In this document: piece by piece, positions 1 to 13,816 of the stretch | Numbering within the stretch: position 1 is the stretch's first letter | Layout: each line of letters opens with the position of its first letter | From: Octopus vulgaris | Lineage: Eukaryota | Length of the DNA stretch: 64,000 bases | Assembly (NCBI GenBank): GCA_951406725.2 | Contig: OX597816.1 | Span: forward strand, 83,762,001-83,826,000 | Direction: 5' to 3' | Made by a program: the position numbers and the translations under genes | Notes under the pieces: generated by a model | What the model saw: only the letters and a program-made list of their open reading frames with translations | Told to the model about the DNA's origin: nothing | Database searches by the model: none

Positions 1-100
1 CGTAAAAGACTTTTTCTATTCCTGAGCGTTATACTAATACATCTGTTTGTTTTCTACACCATCTGTCTTCGTTTTGTGTCTTTTTCGTAAACTCTCCCTA
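1..100 (+). mobile_element. Terminal fragment of a dispersed repeat (probable Penelope-like pseudo-LTR)
   Basis: GAGCGTTATACTAATACATCTGTTTGTTTTCTACACC...TGTCTTCGT matches the reverse complement of 63930-64000 and resembles 33210-33320. It ends in (TA)n. Family assignment is inference. Confidence 0.45.
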
Positions 101-104
101 TATA

Positions 105-150
<46 letters not shown>

Positions 151-462
151 CGCGTGTGTATATGTATATGTATATATATGTATGTATATTTGTATATATT
201 AATTAATATTCAGGACAAGCAAGTAAGTACTCAGGCTTAACCACATGCTTAAAGGAGACGTCAAATGTCTTTAAGCTACCTTAAAAATATCACAATAAAT
301 ACGCGTCGAATTCGGGCAAATATACAAAAAAGATTCATGAAAAGGTTTAATTACGCATCAATTGATTTCGGGATTAAAGGGAACCCCACTTTTTCCCATC
401 ATGAGTGTAATACAACCCAGTGCACATAAAAACGAACAATTATACACACCCCATATATGTAT

Positions 463-577
<115 letters not shown>

Positions 578-904
578 TGTGTAGTATGTATTACTTATAA
601 CGTGGACGCAGTAACTTAGCTAGCAAATTCCCGCTGAAGTCAGTCACCGCCTTAGATTCCATTATCACTTTTGTGTATTTCGCTTATTTTATAAAAGAAG
701 GAAAAGCATCTCAAAATCATATTCTTTCATCTTTGGTTGGTATAGGATTACCAGAATGGCTATTGAGTGTACCTTGCTATTAAACTATTGAGAGTTAATT
801 AAAATCCTATAAAGTTAAGTAAATTTCGTCCGTAATATTTGTGCCTGATTTCAATAAATATTTGCTCTCGTATAGCCGCGTGTGCTGTTTTCTTTGCGTT
901 GCTA

Positions 905-1085
905 TTTTAGTTGTTGTTGGGCTTCACCTCCACTCTGATCGCGCATATTTACCTATAGGCATTCCGGTTGTGACCAGCCCGTCTTTTAATATGAATGTTG
1001 AAATACTGAGTTAGTTTTAGTTTGAAATAATAAAATGTGATTTGATTTGATGTGGCTACTGTTTTGAGCAGGTCTCAGTATTTGT
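905..1085 (+). repeat. Copy of an abundant degenerate short interspersed repeat
   Basis: The motif GGCATTCCRGYYGTGACCAKCCYGTCTTTT followed by TGTGATTTGA...GCTRCTRTTTYTAGCAGGTC recurs, partly or wholly, at about 4490-4880, 22770-23040, 42190-42420, 52900-53000, 55100-55260 and 56780-56830. It recurs in reverse at about 3760-3860, 25960-26120, 31960-32180 and 58760-58895. Confidence 0.5.
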
Positions 1086-3178
1086 TAAATTACATCAAAA
1101 TATACGTAAAGCGGTTCCGTATTACTGAATGTGACATGTATTTCGTTAAAGGTACTAACAACTGCAGTTATACAGACATAATTATGCAGTTGCTTGAGTT
1201 TTGGTTTGGAATTATGCATGCATTTTTTAATATTTTCGAAATTCTGACTTATGTTTGACATATAATACTTGAGACACTGCGTGTAGCCTTATTAAACATA
1301 ATTTTTTTTTCTTCTTACTGTTTCTATCGTCAAATTTTGGTGACAGCTCGTAGACATAAAGAATTTTCATAACATGATATTGATACATTATCAACAGGCT
1401 AAAAATTCAACTTGAAGCAAAACCTGGTCAAGAGTAGTATGTTATCGAAATTAATCAATCAATAGATAAAGACAACAAATAAACTCGAATAAACATCGGT
1501 GCGTGCACGACGGAGAAAATATGCATTCTGATTTCAAATCCCATCAGAAGCGATTTTAATTTTCACTATACAGTATTTTAGATAATTACTACCAAGCGAG
1601 AACTGAATGGCTGATTTTTGCTATAGTATGGCCATATTTATAGAGTTATGCCTACAGTACAGATTACTATTATTATTTACTTTGCTTTCTGTCGAAACAA
1701 CCATAAATTACTGCAGTAAATATAATTTGCAATACTCCTTACACAATGCCCGTTGTTTAATACATAAGTTTATTATTATTGAGTGAGAGAGCAGCAAATG
1801 CCATCAAAGCAAAACTGGGATAAAATATTCGAAGTCCAATATACCCATCACGAATGTTTAATTACAAAACTAAATGATGGCTTAAAAGGTCTGTATTAAG
1901 AATAGAAGCGAAACGTCATATTTTAGGTGCACATGATAGTGCTTCGCTCAAATAAATACGAGAACAAAATAATGAAATAAGAGATTACCATAAAATGCAG
2001 ACAGTTCTATCAGTACAATTAAAACAATTGACTATATTTCTGAATGCCTAATCGTTGCAAACCTTTTGCTTATCCACACACACAATCGACTCAATTGTTA
2101 TGTCAACTATAGCATCATTTCGACGTGGAAACGAGTCAGAAGTGGTATAAATATGCTTCGACGCTGTATATAAATATATTTCAACGACCTGGTTATAGTC
2201 ATTTCAGATATGCTTGTGCAGTCTGACTTGGAAATAAAGGCAGGCGTTCAGATATAATTATTGAAGGCTAACGCTACCATCTCTGTGCGTTGATAGATAA
2301 ATTTATCATTTCTCACCAAAATATCATCTAAAAATGAGGTCAAGAAACGGTTAAAGCATAAGAAACTTAATATTGAAATAAACAAGTTATCAAATATGGA
2401 AGTAAAATCACTGTCAATAATAATTGGATGTTTAAACAAATAATTAAAGGATATACCACACGGCTCTGAATGGTTCTCGACAGAGTGCAAAAGAAAGCCC
2501 TGGTTGGTATAACCGATATCTTGTACAGTTCACATTCAGTTTAATAGAACAAACCACATTCTATGCGTTGTCTATATATTCACGACACACGAAAAAAGAA
2601 AAGGAACACGAAACAATCATTGCCCAACAAGATCCATATCTATACAATAAACATAACACCATAAGTAGTAAAACAATTGTAACAGTCCCCCCCCCCCATT
2701 ACTATTCCCTAAACAGATACTACTGTAAACATCTCAGAAACACGACTGTCCTGATGAAACGGTTGAAATTTATATAAAATTGCTGAAAACAAGATTAAGA
2801 ATACGAATAATAATAACAAAAAACAACAAAGACAAGCTACGGAATAAAAAGTAACAGTTAGAGCAATAATGATGAGAGAGAAAAATGATATATATCAGGA
2901 TTTTTTTTTTTACTTCAAATGGCAAAACAGGCAACTAATTCATAATAATACCATTGTAAAAATATAAAGCATTGTTATCAATTCTGAAAGAAACACATGT
3001 CTTATAAATGCAAAAGGTATACCTGAAATTGCAAATCTATAAAGATGACTTAACAGCATAATCCAATCAAATATAACATAATAGTATACATACATATATA
3101 AATACATATACATATACATACATGCATGCATACATGCATACATACATACATACATACATACATACATACATACATACA

Positions 3179-3243
<65 letters not shown>

Positions 3244-3409
3244 ATATGTATGTATTCATATAATATTAAGTATGTTATAGAAAGTATGGGCTATTTACGG
3301 AGTGCTCGCAGAGAGCCAACGCGAAAAAATACAAAGTAGAGGAAAATGAAAACGCAAATCCTAGGCAGTCAACCAAATTCCTGAACGCATAAATTTGTAT
3401 TAAGTATGC

Positions 3410-3440
<31 letters not shown>

Positions 3441-3495
3441 ACACACACACATACACACACACTGTACAGAGTATGAAATAAAATGTGTCCATTAC

Positions 3496-3568
3496 CTCGT
3501 TTTTGCATAAAAGAAAACAGATCATCTAAAAATTCTTTCCTCTTTGGATCTTCACTTAGCTCGTATAA
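3496..3568 (-). CDS. ARID3: Internal coding exon (73 bp) of an ARID3/dead ringer (retained)-family transcription factor, N-terminal part of the ARID domain
   Basis: Encodes LYELSEDPKRKEFLDDLFSFMQKR(G), nearly identical to the ARID3/Dri motif LYELxxDPKRKEFLDDLFSFMQKRG. On the minus strand it is bounded by a pyrimidine-rich acceptor ...ATATTCTTGCAG (AG at 3570-3569, phase 0) and a donor G|GTAAT (GT at 3495-3494, phase 1). Neighbouring exons were not found in the window. Confidence 0.93.
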
Positions 3569-4325
3569 CTGCAAGAATATATTGAAACAAGTTGACAAAA
3601 TAGAGAACAGAAAAGTACCGGAAAAAAGTGTGTGTGTGTGCTGTTTTTTATAGTTAAAATTGTGAGAAGCAGTAAATAAGGGTTGAGTGATGTGTTTGTA
3701 TAGGTGTCATGCGGGATGCATGTGGTTTGCAAGATAAGAAGGTGTTATGCATACGTTGACCATGGAACACGGCGTTACTGTGTCCGATATCAAGGTAGAA
3801 ATGCGACAATCTGGAATGCCTAGTGTTAGCCATGACATGTGTATCAGTCAGGCAAATAACCTGCCATTGAGGATGTGTGTGTAGAATTCAGGTGAGGTAG
3901 AAATATATGTTTTCATGCACACATAATTTACATACACACACGAGTGTGTGTGTGTCTTTTCATGCATATTTGATTTTGCTGAATGTTCTTGTAAGTGAAA
4001 TTGGTGGTCATGTGATGAATTGGAATACGTGTGGGGTAATTTTTATCTAATGTGATTATGGAATCTGACGTCGAACACATATGAACTATGAATGAATATA
4101 TTGGTTAATTGATGTACTTCAGGTGTTTATATAGCCTGATACTAGGTCAGTAGTTCTCAATTTTCTTTTTGTTCTATGGACCCATTTTTATTCCTATTTT
4201 ATTCGAGGAGACCCATTGCATTTTTATAATTAAATATTATTACGAATTGCAATAAACAAAATATTTTGTGTATTAGAAGTATAACCAATTTATTGCCATA
4301 AATTTTAACGATAAAGTCGTATAAG

Positions 4326-4455
4326 TAATTTCAAATTTTGCACAAGGCCAGCAATTTTAAGGGTGGGAATAAGTCAATGACGTCGACCCCGGTGATCCAC
4401 TGGTACTAAATTATTGACCCCCGAAAGGGTCGATAATTAATTATATCTCGGTGGT
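4326..4455 (-). mobile_element. SINE family B fragment
   Basis: Matches the reverse complement of the 3' half of the 58138-58352 copy (CACAAGGCC...GTCGACCCCGGTG...CTGGTACT...GACCCCCGAAAGG). Confidence 0.65.
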
Positions 4456-5686
4456 AGGTCTACCACATAGAACTTTTCAACAATAAACCCAGCTTAACTC
4501 AGTGCCCATTAAGGAAAGCTTTGATTGAAAGGCTTTCCAGCCATAATAATCCTGTATTTTCGTATATTAGACGTTACATTTTCTAAGAGGTTCTCTCTTT
4601 TCTAATACAGTACTAAAAGCATGCGTTGGCCACAATATCTATCACATTTATCGACCGCAGAGAAGCTCTCGTTTAACCGTTGCTGTTTTAGTCATTGTTT
4701 AAACCTAGGTGAGCTCAGACTAAACATATCTAGGATAAAAACAACAAAGGTTCCAGCTGTGACCGTCTTGTCTTTTGGTATCCCAGGAACTTCATTATTC
4801 AAAAATGTGTGAGTTGAGGGAGGTGTTCTGGGTTCTATGTATGAGCAGATTGGATTACCTCACAGTGGTTTCTCACTGGCTGAGATCTGCTAATTGTCAT
4901 TTAGTATATTTATATACATACATACATATATACATACATTCATACATACACACACACATACATACATACATACATACATACATACATACATACATACATA
5001 CATACATACATACATACATACATACATACACACACATATACATACGTACAAAGGGGGGCTTATTAGCAATTAGGACCTAAAAGTAAAATTAATAGAGGTC
5101 ACAAAAGTAACGGAGGGTACAGATATAACACACACACACATTCTTGATAGTGGAAGCTTATGATCAAAAACATTCATTTCACACGCACGTGGTTTTTCCC
5201 TATGACCAACGAAATCAGGACTATGTTATGCATAGTGTCCAGTTCTAACCCAGCAGGATATCCCTTTCTCTCTACATGTGTGTGAAGTATGTGTGTGTGT
5301 GTGTGTGTGCGTGTGTGTGCATGCGTGTATACATGTGTCTGTGTGTGCGAATGTGCATCTATATATGTTCATGTATGCCTGTAAGCCTCAGCATACAGAG
5401 ATGCTACATTATGCATGACGGTGCCCTTTCAGTTTATTGTGATGACGATGAGGAGGAAGAGGAGAGTAAGAAGAAGCAGGGGGAATTATAGTCGCTACAT
5501 TCAAGCATCATTCAAGAGACAATAAAGGATCGTATTAATGCCATACAAAACAGTATGACTGCTTTATGCTTTATTAAAATATTCACAGCAAGCTGAATTT
5601 ACAACAGAAAAGACCCCCCACACACTCAGATCTTGCTTCACCTCCATTCGTACACGGCATACATACATACACACATACATACATAC

Positions 5687-5752
<66 letters not shown>

Positions 5753-5899
5753 TATATTTATAGTTTAATGTACACGATAACAAGCCTACTGTATCACTAG
5801 GAGTGTTATGAATAACTGCCTTGATAAGATCTCCACTGTATGCAACTATCACTAGCTCCTCATAACTATACATTGTATACATTGAAGAATATTTATCTC

Positions 5900-6360
5900 T
5901 CACCAGATGAAGTACCTTTTTTGTACTCTAACGTATTTAGGTATGGTATTAAAGAGAGATGGACCGGTTGAGGTAAAGTAATTGCGACATAATTTTGCTA
6001 TGTGTACCGTGTTCGGTTTTTTGTAGTAGGTGGATAGCACGGGTGCAAGTCTTGGATGGATTTTAAAATTGATACCAATATCATTTGTGTAAGATTGATG
6101 GAATATTTTACACATAACACAAATGATGTGGCGCTCCCGGCGGTGTGGGAGAGAGTAGAGATTGAGTTTTTTAGTCTACCCCAATAATCAATGCATCTCA
6201 TGCCGTCTATCTTTCTTGTTATTGACTTCTGGAGTGCTTCTACTTTCCTGAGTTGCTTCGTATGGGGGACCACAGTGGGCAACAGTATTCAAGGTGGGGT
6301 GGGGCAAAAGTAGAGTAGAGAAGGATGATGGCGTAGGCATCTCTAGACCGGAAATTCTCA
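5900..6360 (-). mobile_element. Decayed CR1/L2-group LINE, ORF2 C-terminal fragment
   Basis: Frameshifted pieces LLYSTFAPPHLEYCCPLWSP / LRKVEALQKSITRKIDGMRCIDYWGRLK / YFTSTGPSLFNTIPKYV are typical of the post-RT region of CR1-like ORF2. Confidence 0.8.
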
Positions 6361-6393
6361 TATATGCATGTATGTAGGACCACTCTGTAGGTT

Positions 6394-6694
6394 ATGACGA
6401 CGAGGGTCCCAGCTGATACGATCAACGGAACAGCTTGCTAGTGAAATTAACGTGCAAGGGGCTGAGCACTCCACAGACATGTGTATCCTTAACGTAGTTC
6501 TCAGGGAGATTCAGTGTGACACAGAGTGTGACAAGGCTGGCCCTTTGAAATACAGGTACTACTAATTTTTGCCAGCTGAGTGTACTGGAGCAACGTGAAA
6601 CAAAGTGTCTTGCTCAAGGACACAACACGTCACCGGAAATTGAACTCACGACCTTGCGATCGTGAGCCGAATACCACTAAGCAATGCGCCTTCA
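6394..6694 (-). mobile_element. tRNA-headed SINE, family C (tail type 1)
   Basis: The minus strand starts GAAGGCGCATTGCTTAGTGG (A box)...GAGTTCAATTTCC (B box) followed by GTGTCCTTGAGCAAGACACTTT. Head and core are shared with 19352-19690. Confidence 0.8.
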
Positions 6695-7857
6695 GTATGT
6701 ATGTATACATATAAACATGTGTATATGTATATATGCATACCTACATGCATAAATACAGAAATTCATATATTATTCTCTGCATATATACCTACATATCTTC
6801 ACACATACACTTTCAGGCATATTTACAAATACACATTCATCTACGAATATAAGACACATAGATAATCTATGTGCATTCCCTTCCCACACACACACGCCCA
6901 CGGTGAGACACGTACATGCATTCATAAATATATGAATCTAAATGGCTTCTTATACGTCAGTGGATGCTGAGATCAAATTTTCTTCAAATAGAAGACGATC
7001 ATATGTCTGGTGAACAAGTTTAATGTAAAATTTTTCCTAAAATAATATCTTCTAGTCTTGAAGAACGATCAAATATAAAATTCTGATCTTGGACGCCCAA
7101 TTTTGGGAGAACATGCCACTACTAAAGAAGAATATCAATGTTAAACCACAATATTAAACGTTTAACTCGTTTTCCATGAATGTACGGATGCACATACTTA
7201 GATACATTATTAATATTGCATCATAGAGTCTCTGAGTATTTTTGCCCTTGCTACTTTCAAGTTAGTCCTGGTCAGTGTTAATCAACTATATATCTTATAT
7301 CTTTATATATATATATATGTAGATGAGTATAATTTTACGATGTTAATATATGAAACTTTATATTTTGATGTCTCTAACTTATTTATCCCAACATATATTT
7401 CTATACCTGCTCAAGTTTAATTCTCTTGAACACTACAAAGGGTATTCTATACGGAGAATATCTGATCTCATCTTTGAACTATATATATACACACATATTT
7501 GGAAAGGTATGACTTGGTATGGGGGACACCAAATGTTCACAATTGCCCTTTATTTTTTTCCCTTCAGATAAAATGGCTAGTTTTCTTTATGTCTGTTTAT
7601 TGGTGGCATGTTAAGTCAAAACTAATTCCTTGCGATTGTCTCATTTCGAATTTGGAATCGGTTCCAAATGTCGCTAGTTGTTTATTTACTTTCTCTCGAA
7701 GTGAAGATGATTTAATTAAACGAAATATTTATCTGAAAATCTACATAGTGTATCTTCGGTTTTGTTTTCGAAATCCACGTCACTGATCTCTCAGAGAAGG
7801 GGAGGGGGAGAGTGAGTGAGAGAGTGAAAGAGAGCGAAAGAAAAAGAGAATGAGAGA

Positions 7858-8025
7858 AGCACTGGTGTGGTTGTATGGCTAAAAAGTTTACTTCGCAAAC
7901 TAGGTAATTCTGGGTTCGGTCTCACTGCGCAGCGTCTTGGGTAAGTGTGTTTTACACAAATCCGGACTCAACAATACCTTTTAAAGGGATTTTAGTAGCC
8001 GGAAACTGAGTGGGAGATATAGCTA
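7858..8025 (+). mobile_element. SINE family A, degenerate 5' part
   Basis: TGTGGTTGTATGG...GGGTTCGGTCTCACTGCGCAGCGTCTTGGGTAAGTGT...GGAAACTGA aligns to 62580-62740. Confidence 0.65.
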
Positions 8026-10709
8026 TAACACATACACACACATTCACATATTCACACACGCACACACGCACGCACGCACACACACACACGCGCATGCACT
8101 TTCTGATATCAGATATGTGACCTTAGAAAAGAAGTATGTTAAAACATTGAAACAGTCAGCGATTTGTAAGGTGACTTACATTTACATATATGCAAGTATA
8201 CATATGTGTGTTCTGTTAATGTTCATCCACAATTCGAGTGATTGACTCCTATTCGTAGTAAACAACCAGCTACCCTGGACATGAAGCTAGCTACAACATT
8301 CTAGAGAATAATGGTGTACTCAGCTTCAATACCATCTCATCAAATCTACTTTTAGTGTTACGTTTTCATTTTACATTTCTTCTTCCACTATCTCATATTC
8401 AGGAATATGTAGTTAGGGAATATGTAGTTATTTCTTATCAGTTTAATGACCATACCTGGATTTTACAGGTTATGAGTAATTTAACTTCTTGACAAAAAAA
8501 AAAAAGAAAAAGAAACGAAGCAATTGCTTCCTCAGTAGAGTTGTTATTAAGTCAGTGTAACTGAGGAAATAACTATAATCGCTTAATATGATTTCCTAAA
8601 TGTGGGCTCGGTGAGACTGAAGATTTCAATATCATACATTTTTTAATACTAAGAAACGGGAGGTCACCAACCTCAGGATATATATGAAATTTTCACATGA
8701 ATTCTAAGAAATGAGGTGAACTCTGAAATTGATCCCTCGATCAATAATAACCGAAACTTCAATTCACCCGCTGCCATCTTAAATAGTGGCATATACGTTG
8801 TACAATGTTTCTTATGATCAGGCCCAGTGTCAGACCTTAGCGCCTGGGAATGCTTTAGAATATTCTGGGTTGGCACTAATTTGTAATAATGTTAATGTGG
8901 AGCTTCGATATAAGAGCATCACTATAAATCTGAGTGTACACCATTGAATAGTGAAGGGATCATTGCCGTCCAGTACAACCCCTTAGCGACGGGCCTGCTC
9001 ATGATACCTCAAAAAGGGAGGGATTTAATTTGAAATCAATAAAAGATTCACTAGTACAAAGTTCAAAAAACAACAATACAGTCGACTCACACATATAGAA
9101 AATGACAACAGGGGAAGACACAGGGGATTTACTTTTATATATTAAACTGACAAGCATAAACTTATGACTCAGAAAAGAAATGCACAAAGGAAACAAAAAC
9201 AAAACATAAAAACATAAAAGAAATTAACTGAGAGAAAGGCGTTTCAGATTTATAATATTTTTACAAATAATTTTCGATAAATAGAGGGTAATCGTGTTTG
9301 GCGAGGTCACTACAGTGGCACTAATTTTGATAATTCACAATAGGCCGTAATATTTAGAAATAAACGGGATGTGAATTCAACAGTTCTTGTGAATTATTAA
9401 ATGGCCGAAATGACTGTTATAGGATCTACACACACACTCACACACACGCACATGCATATGAGTGTGGTGTGTGTGTGTGCATGTACGTATGTATGTATGA
9501 ATGTATTTACAAATACATTTACATAGTTTGAAAGGTAGCTCAAATGGTAAGATAATATAGCAAAGCGTATATGTATTTTTAAAAATTATTATTACTCTTG
9601 TAGTAATAATAATATCTTGTAGTATACAACTCCTGTAGTATTCTCAGTTAGTATTACGTGCCAAGACACTTATGAGACTGAAAAATTCACCTTCATTCAC
9701 TCCTACACATGAACTAATTGCAGCTATATCTCTTCCCCACACACCTCTGACACCTTTGCAAGCATTCAAACAGAAGAAGAGCACCAAGAAAGAAAAAAAA
9801 TCTCTGCATATATTAGCTCCTGCACTGCCTTAAAGAATACAAAAAGGAAGCTGTATCCAATTGCACATGTACACGATTACGATTCACACCCAGTATAATA
9901 GAAAAATGTAGATAGATGTAAATATGAGTGTAGTGAATACATATATGTAAATGTATGTGTGAATGTATACTAGCATGTGTGAGAGTGAGTACATGTGTCT
10001 GCATATATATACACATGCTATCGTCATCTAAATTGTGCAGTTACCAGTATGTAGAATTTATGAACATAACTCGTCTTCTTAAAACCTGAACGAGGTAGTT
10101 ATGCGTTTGCATACACGCGACCCTAGGATGTACAAAATGTATGGATGGATGATACCTTAATACACATAACTATATATACCTCTATATGATGGAATGTTCC
10201 TGTGTATTTACATGCATCCGTATGATTGCATGTATGTGTGCGTAAATTATATATGAGACATGTTCTTGACCCTCAGACAGAAGATAAACTGTCTTTACTT
10301 CAATTTTTTCATGAATTTTTACTTATGATTGATAAGGGGAGATTCATTGATACCAGTAATATTTTCTTTACATAATTTTAAATAATCCTTTTTATTAAAT
10401 TCCCTCTTAGATTGAAATGTCTTTGACTTACTTCTGTGCTATTTCCACCTCCATCTTTTATATATAAAAATTTGGTTTGTATATATATAGTGAAAGGGAT
10501 GGCAGTCTTTATATGTGTGTGCGTGCGTGCGTGCGTTGTGTGAGCTTGCTTGTGCACGTGCGTGCGTGTACATATGTGCACTCTCTCTTACACACATGCT
10601 TTTATATGCTTTCATTATCTGGTTAGTTTCAGCTCGAGGTTTACAATCATGCTGGAAAACTACCTAAGCAGTTTGCACATTCATTACTCAGTTTAAATGA
10701 ATGAAGTAG

Positions 10710-11250
10710 CTTGATACCGCTTGCTGTGGCGTTGGTGTGTCTGTAATTGCAGACAAAAGATTATCCAAGTGCTACTTCAGTACATTTGCATCCTCTTCAT
10801 GTAGATTTCTCAGTATGGGAAGCTATTGAAAAGCCGTGGGCCTGTAAAACCTATGTGTGAGACCTTCAGCACTATGCAGCGGCGAGCAGTTCGTAGATTG
10901 GTATGGCTCTCAATACAAATGTTTGCAGCAAGTGGTATTTATGAAGCATCGTTGGATTACTTCTGGAGCTGCTTCACTGCTTTACTTGTGACAAATCGGA
11001 ACAAATATTCTCTACAAAAGCAACATGGCTACCTACTCTCTCGTACTTAATGTTTTCAGGATACCTGCCCCTCAGCCTTTCATACATTGCTTCCGCCTAT
11101 GTACAAGAAAAGATATTTCATTACTCAAATTTATCCTTAGACCACTCACTGGCTGCGTCTCTCGAATTGCTATCTCTCCTATGTAACATGGTTGTGGAGT
11201 GTTTGTAGGCTTTTAGCAAAGTGTTTGAAAGATTACAGGGTTAAATTGCG
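10710..11250 (-). mobile_element. Highly decayed CR1/L2-group LINE 3' fragment
   Basis: Manual minus-strand translation gives broken motifs GILKTLSTRE*VAMLL and GFTGPRLFNSFP/LRNLHEEDANVLK*HLDNLLSAITDTP, similar to the fragments at 5900 and 49240. Confidence 0.55.
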
Positions 11251-12240
11251 CGCTATTTTCATCAATCTAATTGCAGATTGTGTTTAAGTCTTGCTGTAGT
11301 TTTGTCTCCACAATTCTACTTAGCTATGGTTCCACTTGTTTTTCTGCATATGTATTTCCAATATTGACTTGATATAGGAGTATATATATATCATAACTTA
11401 TATACACATATCTGCTTATCGATCTTTTTTTCTCGACCTTTTAAAGGCCATACTACCTCAAAGCCGCTTATTTTTGCCACTCTCTCTCTCTGCTACGATG
11501 CTGTAACATACATAATTTTCTCTTTCGTAGTTCTTCTTTTTTGTATGTAACTTATATAAACTTTTCATTTGCACATCACAGGTGTGAGTATGTGAGCGTA
11601 TGTGCTATGTTTGTCATGAAGTACGTGCAAGTAAAACTTTTCCGCTGTACCTATTTACAAAACGAATGTTTGTATGTTGGAGTTCACATATATGTACTTA
11701 TGGATCTATATATATACTTATGAATCTATATATATATATATATATGTAATACATTTGTGTGTGCATGTTTATTATATATGTGTGTTTGTATATATGCGTA
11801 TGTGTGTTCTGTACATTTGTGTGTGTTTGTGTGCATGTGTATATATAAAAACATACCTGCAAGTGTTTACATGCTTATTTTTTTCCGCATGTTGGTGTGG
11901 CCATGAGAGCATGCATGTATGTATGTATTACATATATGAGTGTACGTGTGTGCGCGTACATTCCTCATTTACTAATTAATTATAATAAATGTGCTGTGCA
12001 TGTATACACATGAATGCGTATTAGCAAACGCCACACCACATTCACCATTCCATTTATCAGCCAGTTTTCAAAATTATGTACTACAATCATGTAACATTAA
12101 GTATCATTTTCTTTCATATTCAATTTCATATTTTCTTTTTCTTTTTGTGCGAAACAAATCTTACTTGCTGAATTTTCAGTTTGCTGAGTGCATCGGTACG
12201 AAGACTTGGGCCACACACTAGCGCTATGAATATTTCCAAC

Positions 12241-12242
<2 letters not shown>

Positions 12243-12281
<39 letters not shown>

Positions 12282-12297
12282 CACATATATATGTATG

Positions 12298-12355
<58 letters not shown>

Positions 12356-12394
12356 CACACATATATATGTATGTATATATATATATATACATAC

Positions 12395-12468
<74 letters not shown>

Positions 12469-12530
12469 ATATATGTATATGTATATATATATGTATATAT
12501 ATACACACACGCTCTCACTCACACACACAC
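12243..12530. repeat. Compound (TA)n/(TG)n/(CA)n microsatellite
   Basis: Directly visible; source of several spurious YIYI ORFs. Confidence 0.95.
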
Positions 12531-12728
12531 ATACACATCAGTGTATATAGGGGAAAGTCTTATTGTTTTGTACGTATATATACGTATATAAACGCATACT
12601 TATATGTAGATTAATTGTGTCCGTCTTCCTATCTGTATACATGTGGCCGCGTATGCATGCATGTCATATACGGTTGTATGTATGTGTTTATTAGCTAATG
12701 AATGTGTGTGTCTGTGTGTGTCAGTCAG

Positions 12729-12776
<48 letters not shown>

Positions 12777-12958
12777 CATGTGTAATAGCGAAGAAGCAGA
12801 AATATTCGAGAAGTTGAATCTCGTTTTGAAGGTTGGTAAAAAACGGGCTTCTACTTACTGACTTCAATAGGGACATTTCGTTCGGCATCTGCAGAGGAAA
12901 GGAGAAGTGCTTTGGCTAGTTAAGTTTTTTAAGGCACGGTGGTCAAGTTCATAGTTGA

Positions 12959-13048
<90 letters not shown>

Positions 13049-13633
13049 CATCATCATTAATATTATAATCATCAATATTACTGAAGATCCCCCTATCTTA
13101 GTTATATCTATTCATATAACATTTGTCAAATATAAACAAATGCACAAGAACTATACATGTGTATACACATCTACAGAAAAACTCAATCGTACACACACGC
13201 ACGCATGCACACACACTTATATGTATATATATGTATATATAAACATACATAGGTATATATACATGCATTCATACATACATACATGCATACTCACATACAT
13301 ACAAACATACATTCATACATACATACATACATACATACATACATACATACATACATACATACATACATACATACAAACATACATATAATTATATTATTAT
13401 AATTATTAGGGAATATTACTTCCGAGTACACAGGAAAAAGACATTCAAATTAGATGTACTAAAATGAACATCTCTCAATGTTTAATTCGTATATATAAAA
13501 GTAATTTTAGAGATAGAAGCACCTTCAACTCAATCAACACTGAAATATTTTATACCCGACCACTCCATAAAATGTTAAAAATTAAATCTTATACTAACTA
13601 TATCTATTCTGAATCCTGTATTTTCCATTTATA

Positions 13634-13733
13634 AGATTACACGTGTTTCATAAAAGTACGTCGGTATTGATTAGATACGAGCTATCTATTTTCAATACTT
13701 ACTCGGGTCGACATACTCCCAATCTTCAGGTCT
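13634..13733 (-). ncRNA. Second hammerhead motif (inverted copy), helix I mismatched
   Basis: The minus strand reads AGAC CTGAAGA TTGGGAGTATGTC...GACGTACTTTTAT GAAAC ACGT GTA ATCT. The core is intact, but the first helix I pair is C.A instead of C-G. Confidence 0.6.
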
Positions 13734-13816
13734 GGATTGCTCAACATTTTTCGCTACCCCTAACTCTTATTTAGTTCCCTGATACTCCATATCTTCCTCT
13801 ATATGTTGAGGAAACC

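Noticed and set aside
362-420. ORF start 'GTPLFPIM' resembling the next ARID3 exon (GTPVNRIPIM)
   Set aside because: It is on the wrong strand, the similarity is weak, and the ORF runs into CA/TA microsatellites.
3275-3598. The 107-aa ORF as a complete gene
   Set aside because: Only 3496-3568 matches ARID3; the rest is intron read-through including microsatellite.
12097-12614. Cluster of overlapping [12 protein letters not shown] ORFs (and similar ones throughout the window)
   Set aside because: Dinucleotide repeats lack stop codons; these are not coding.
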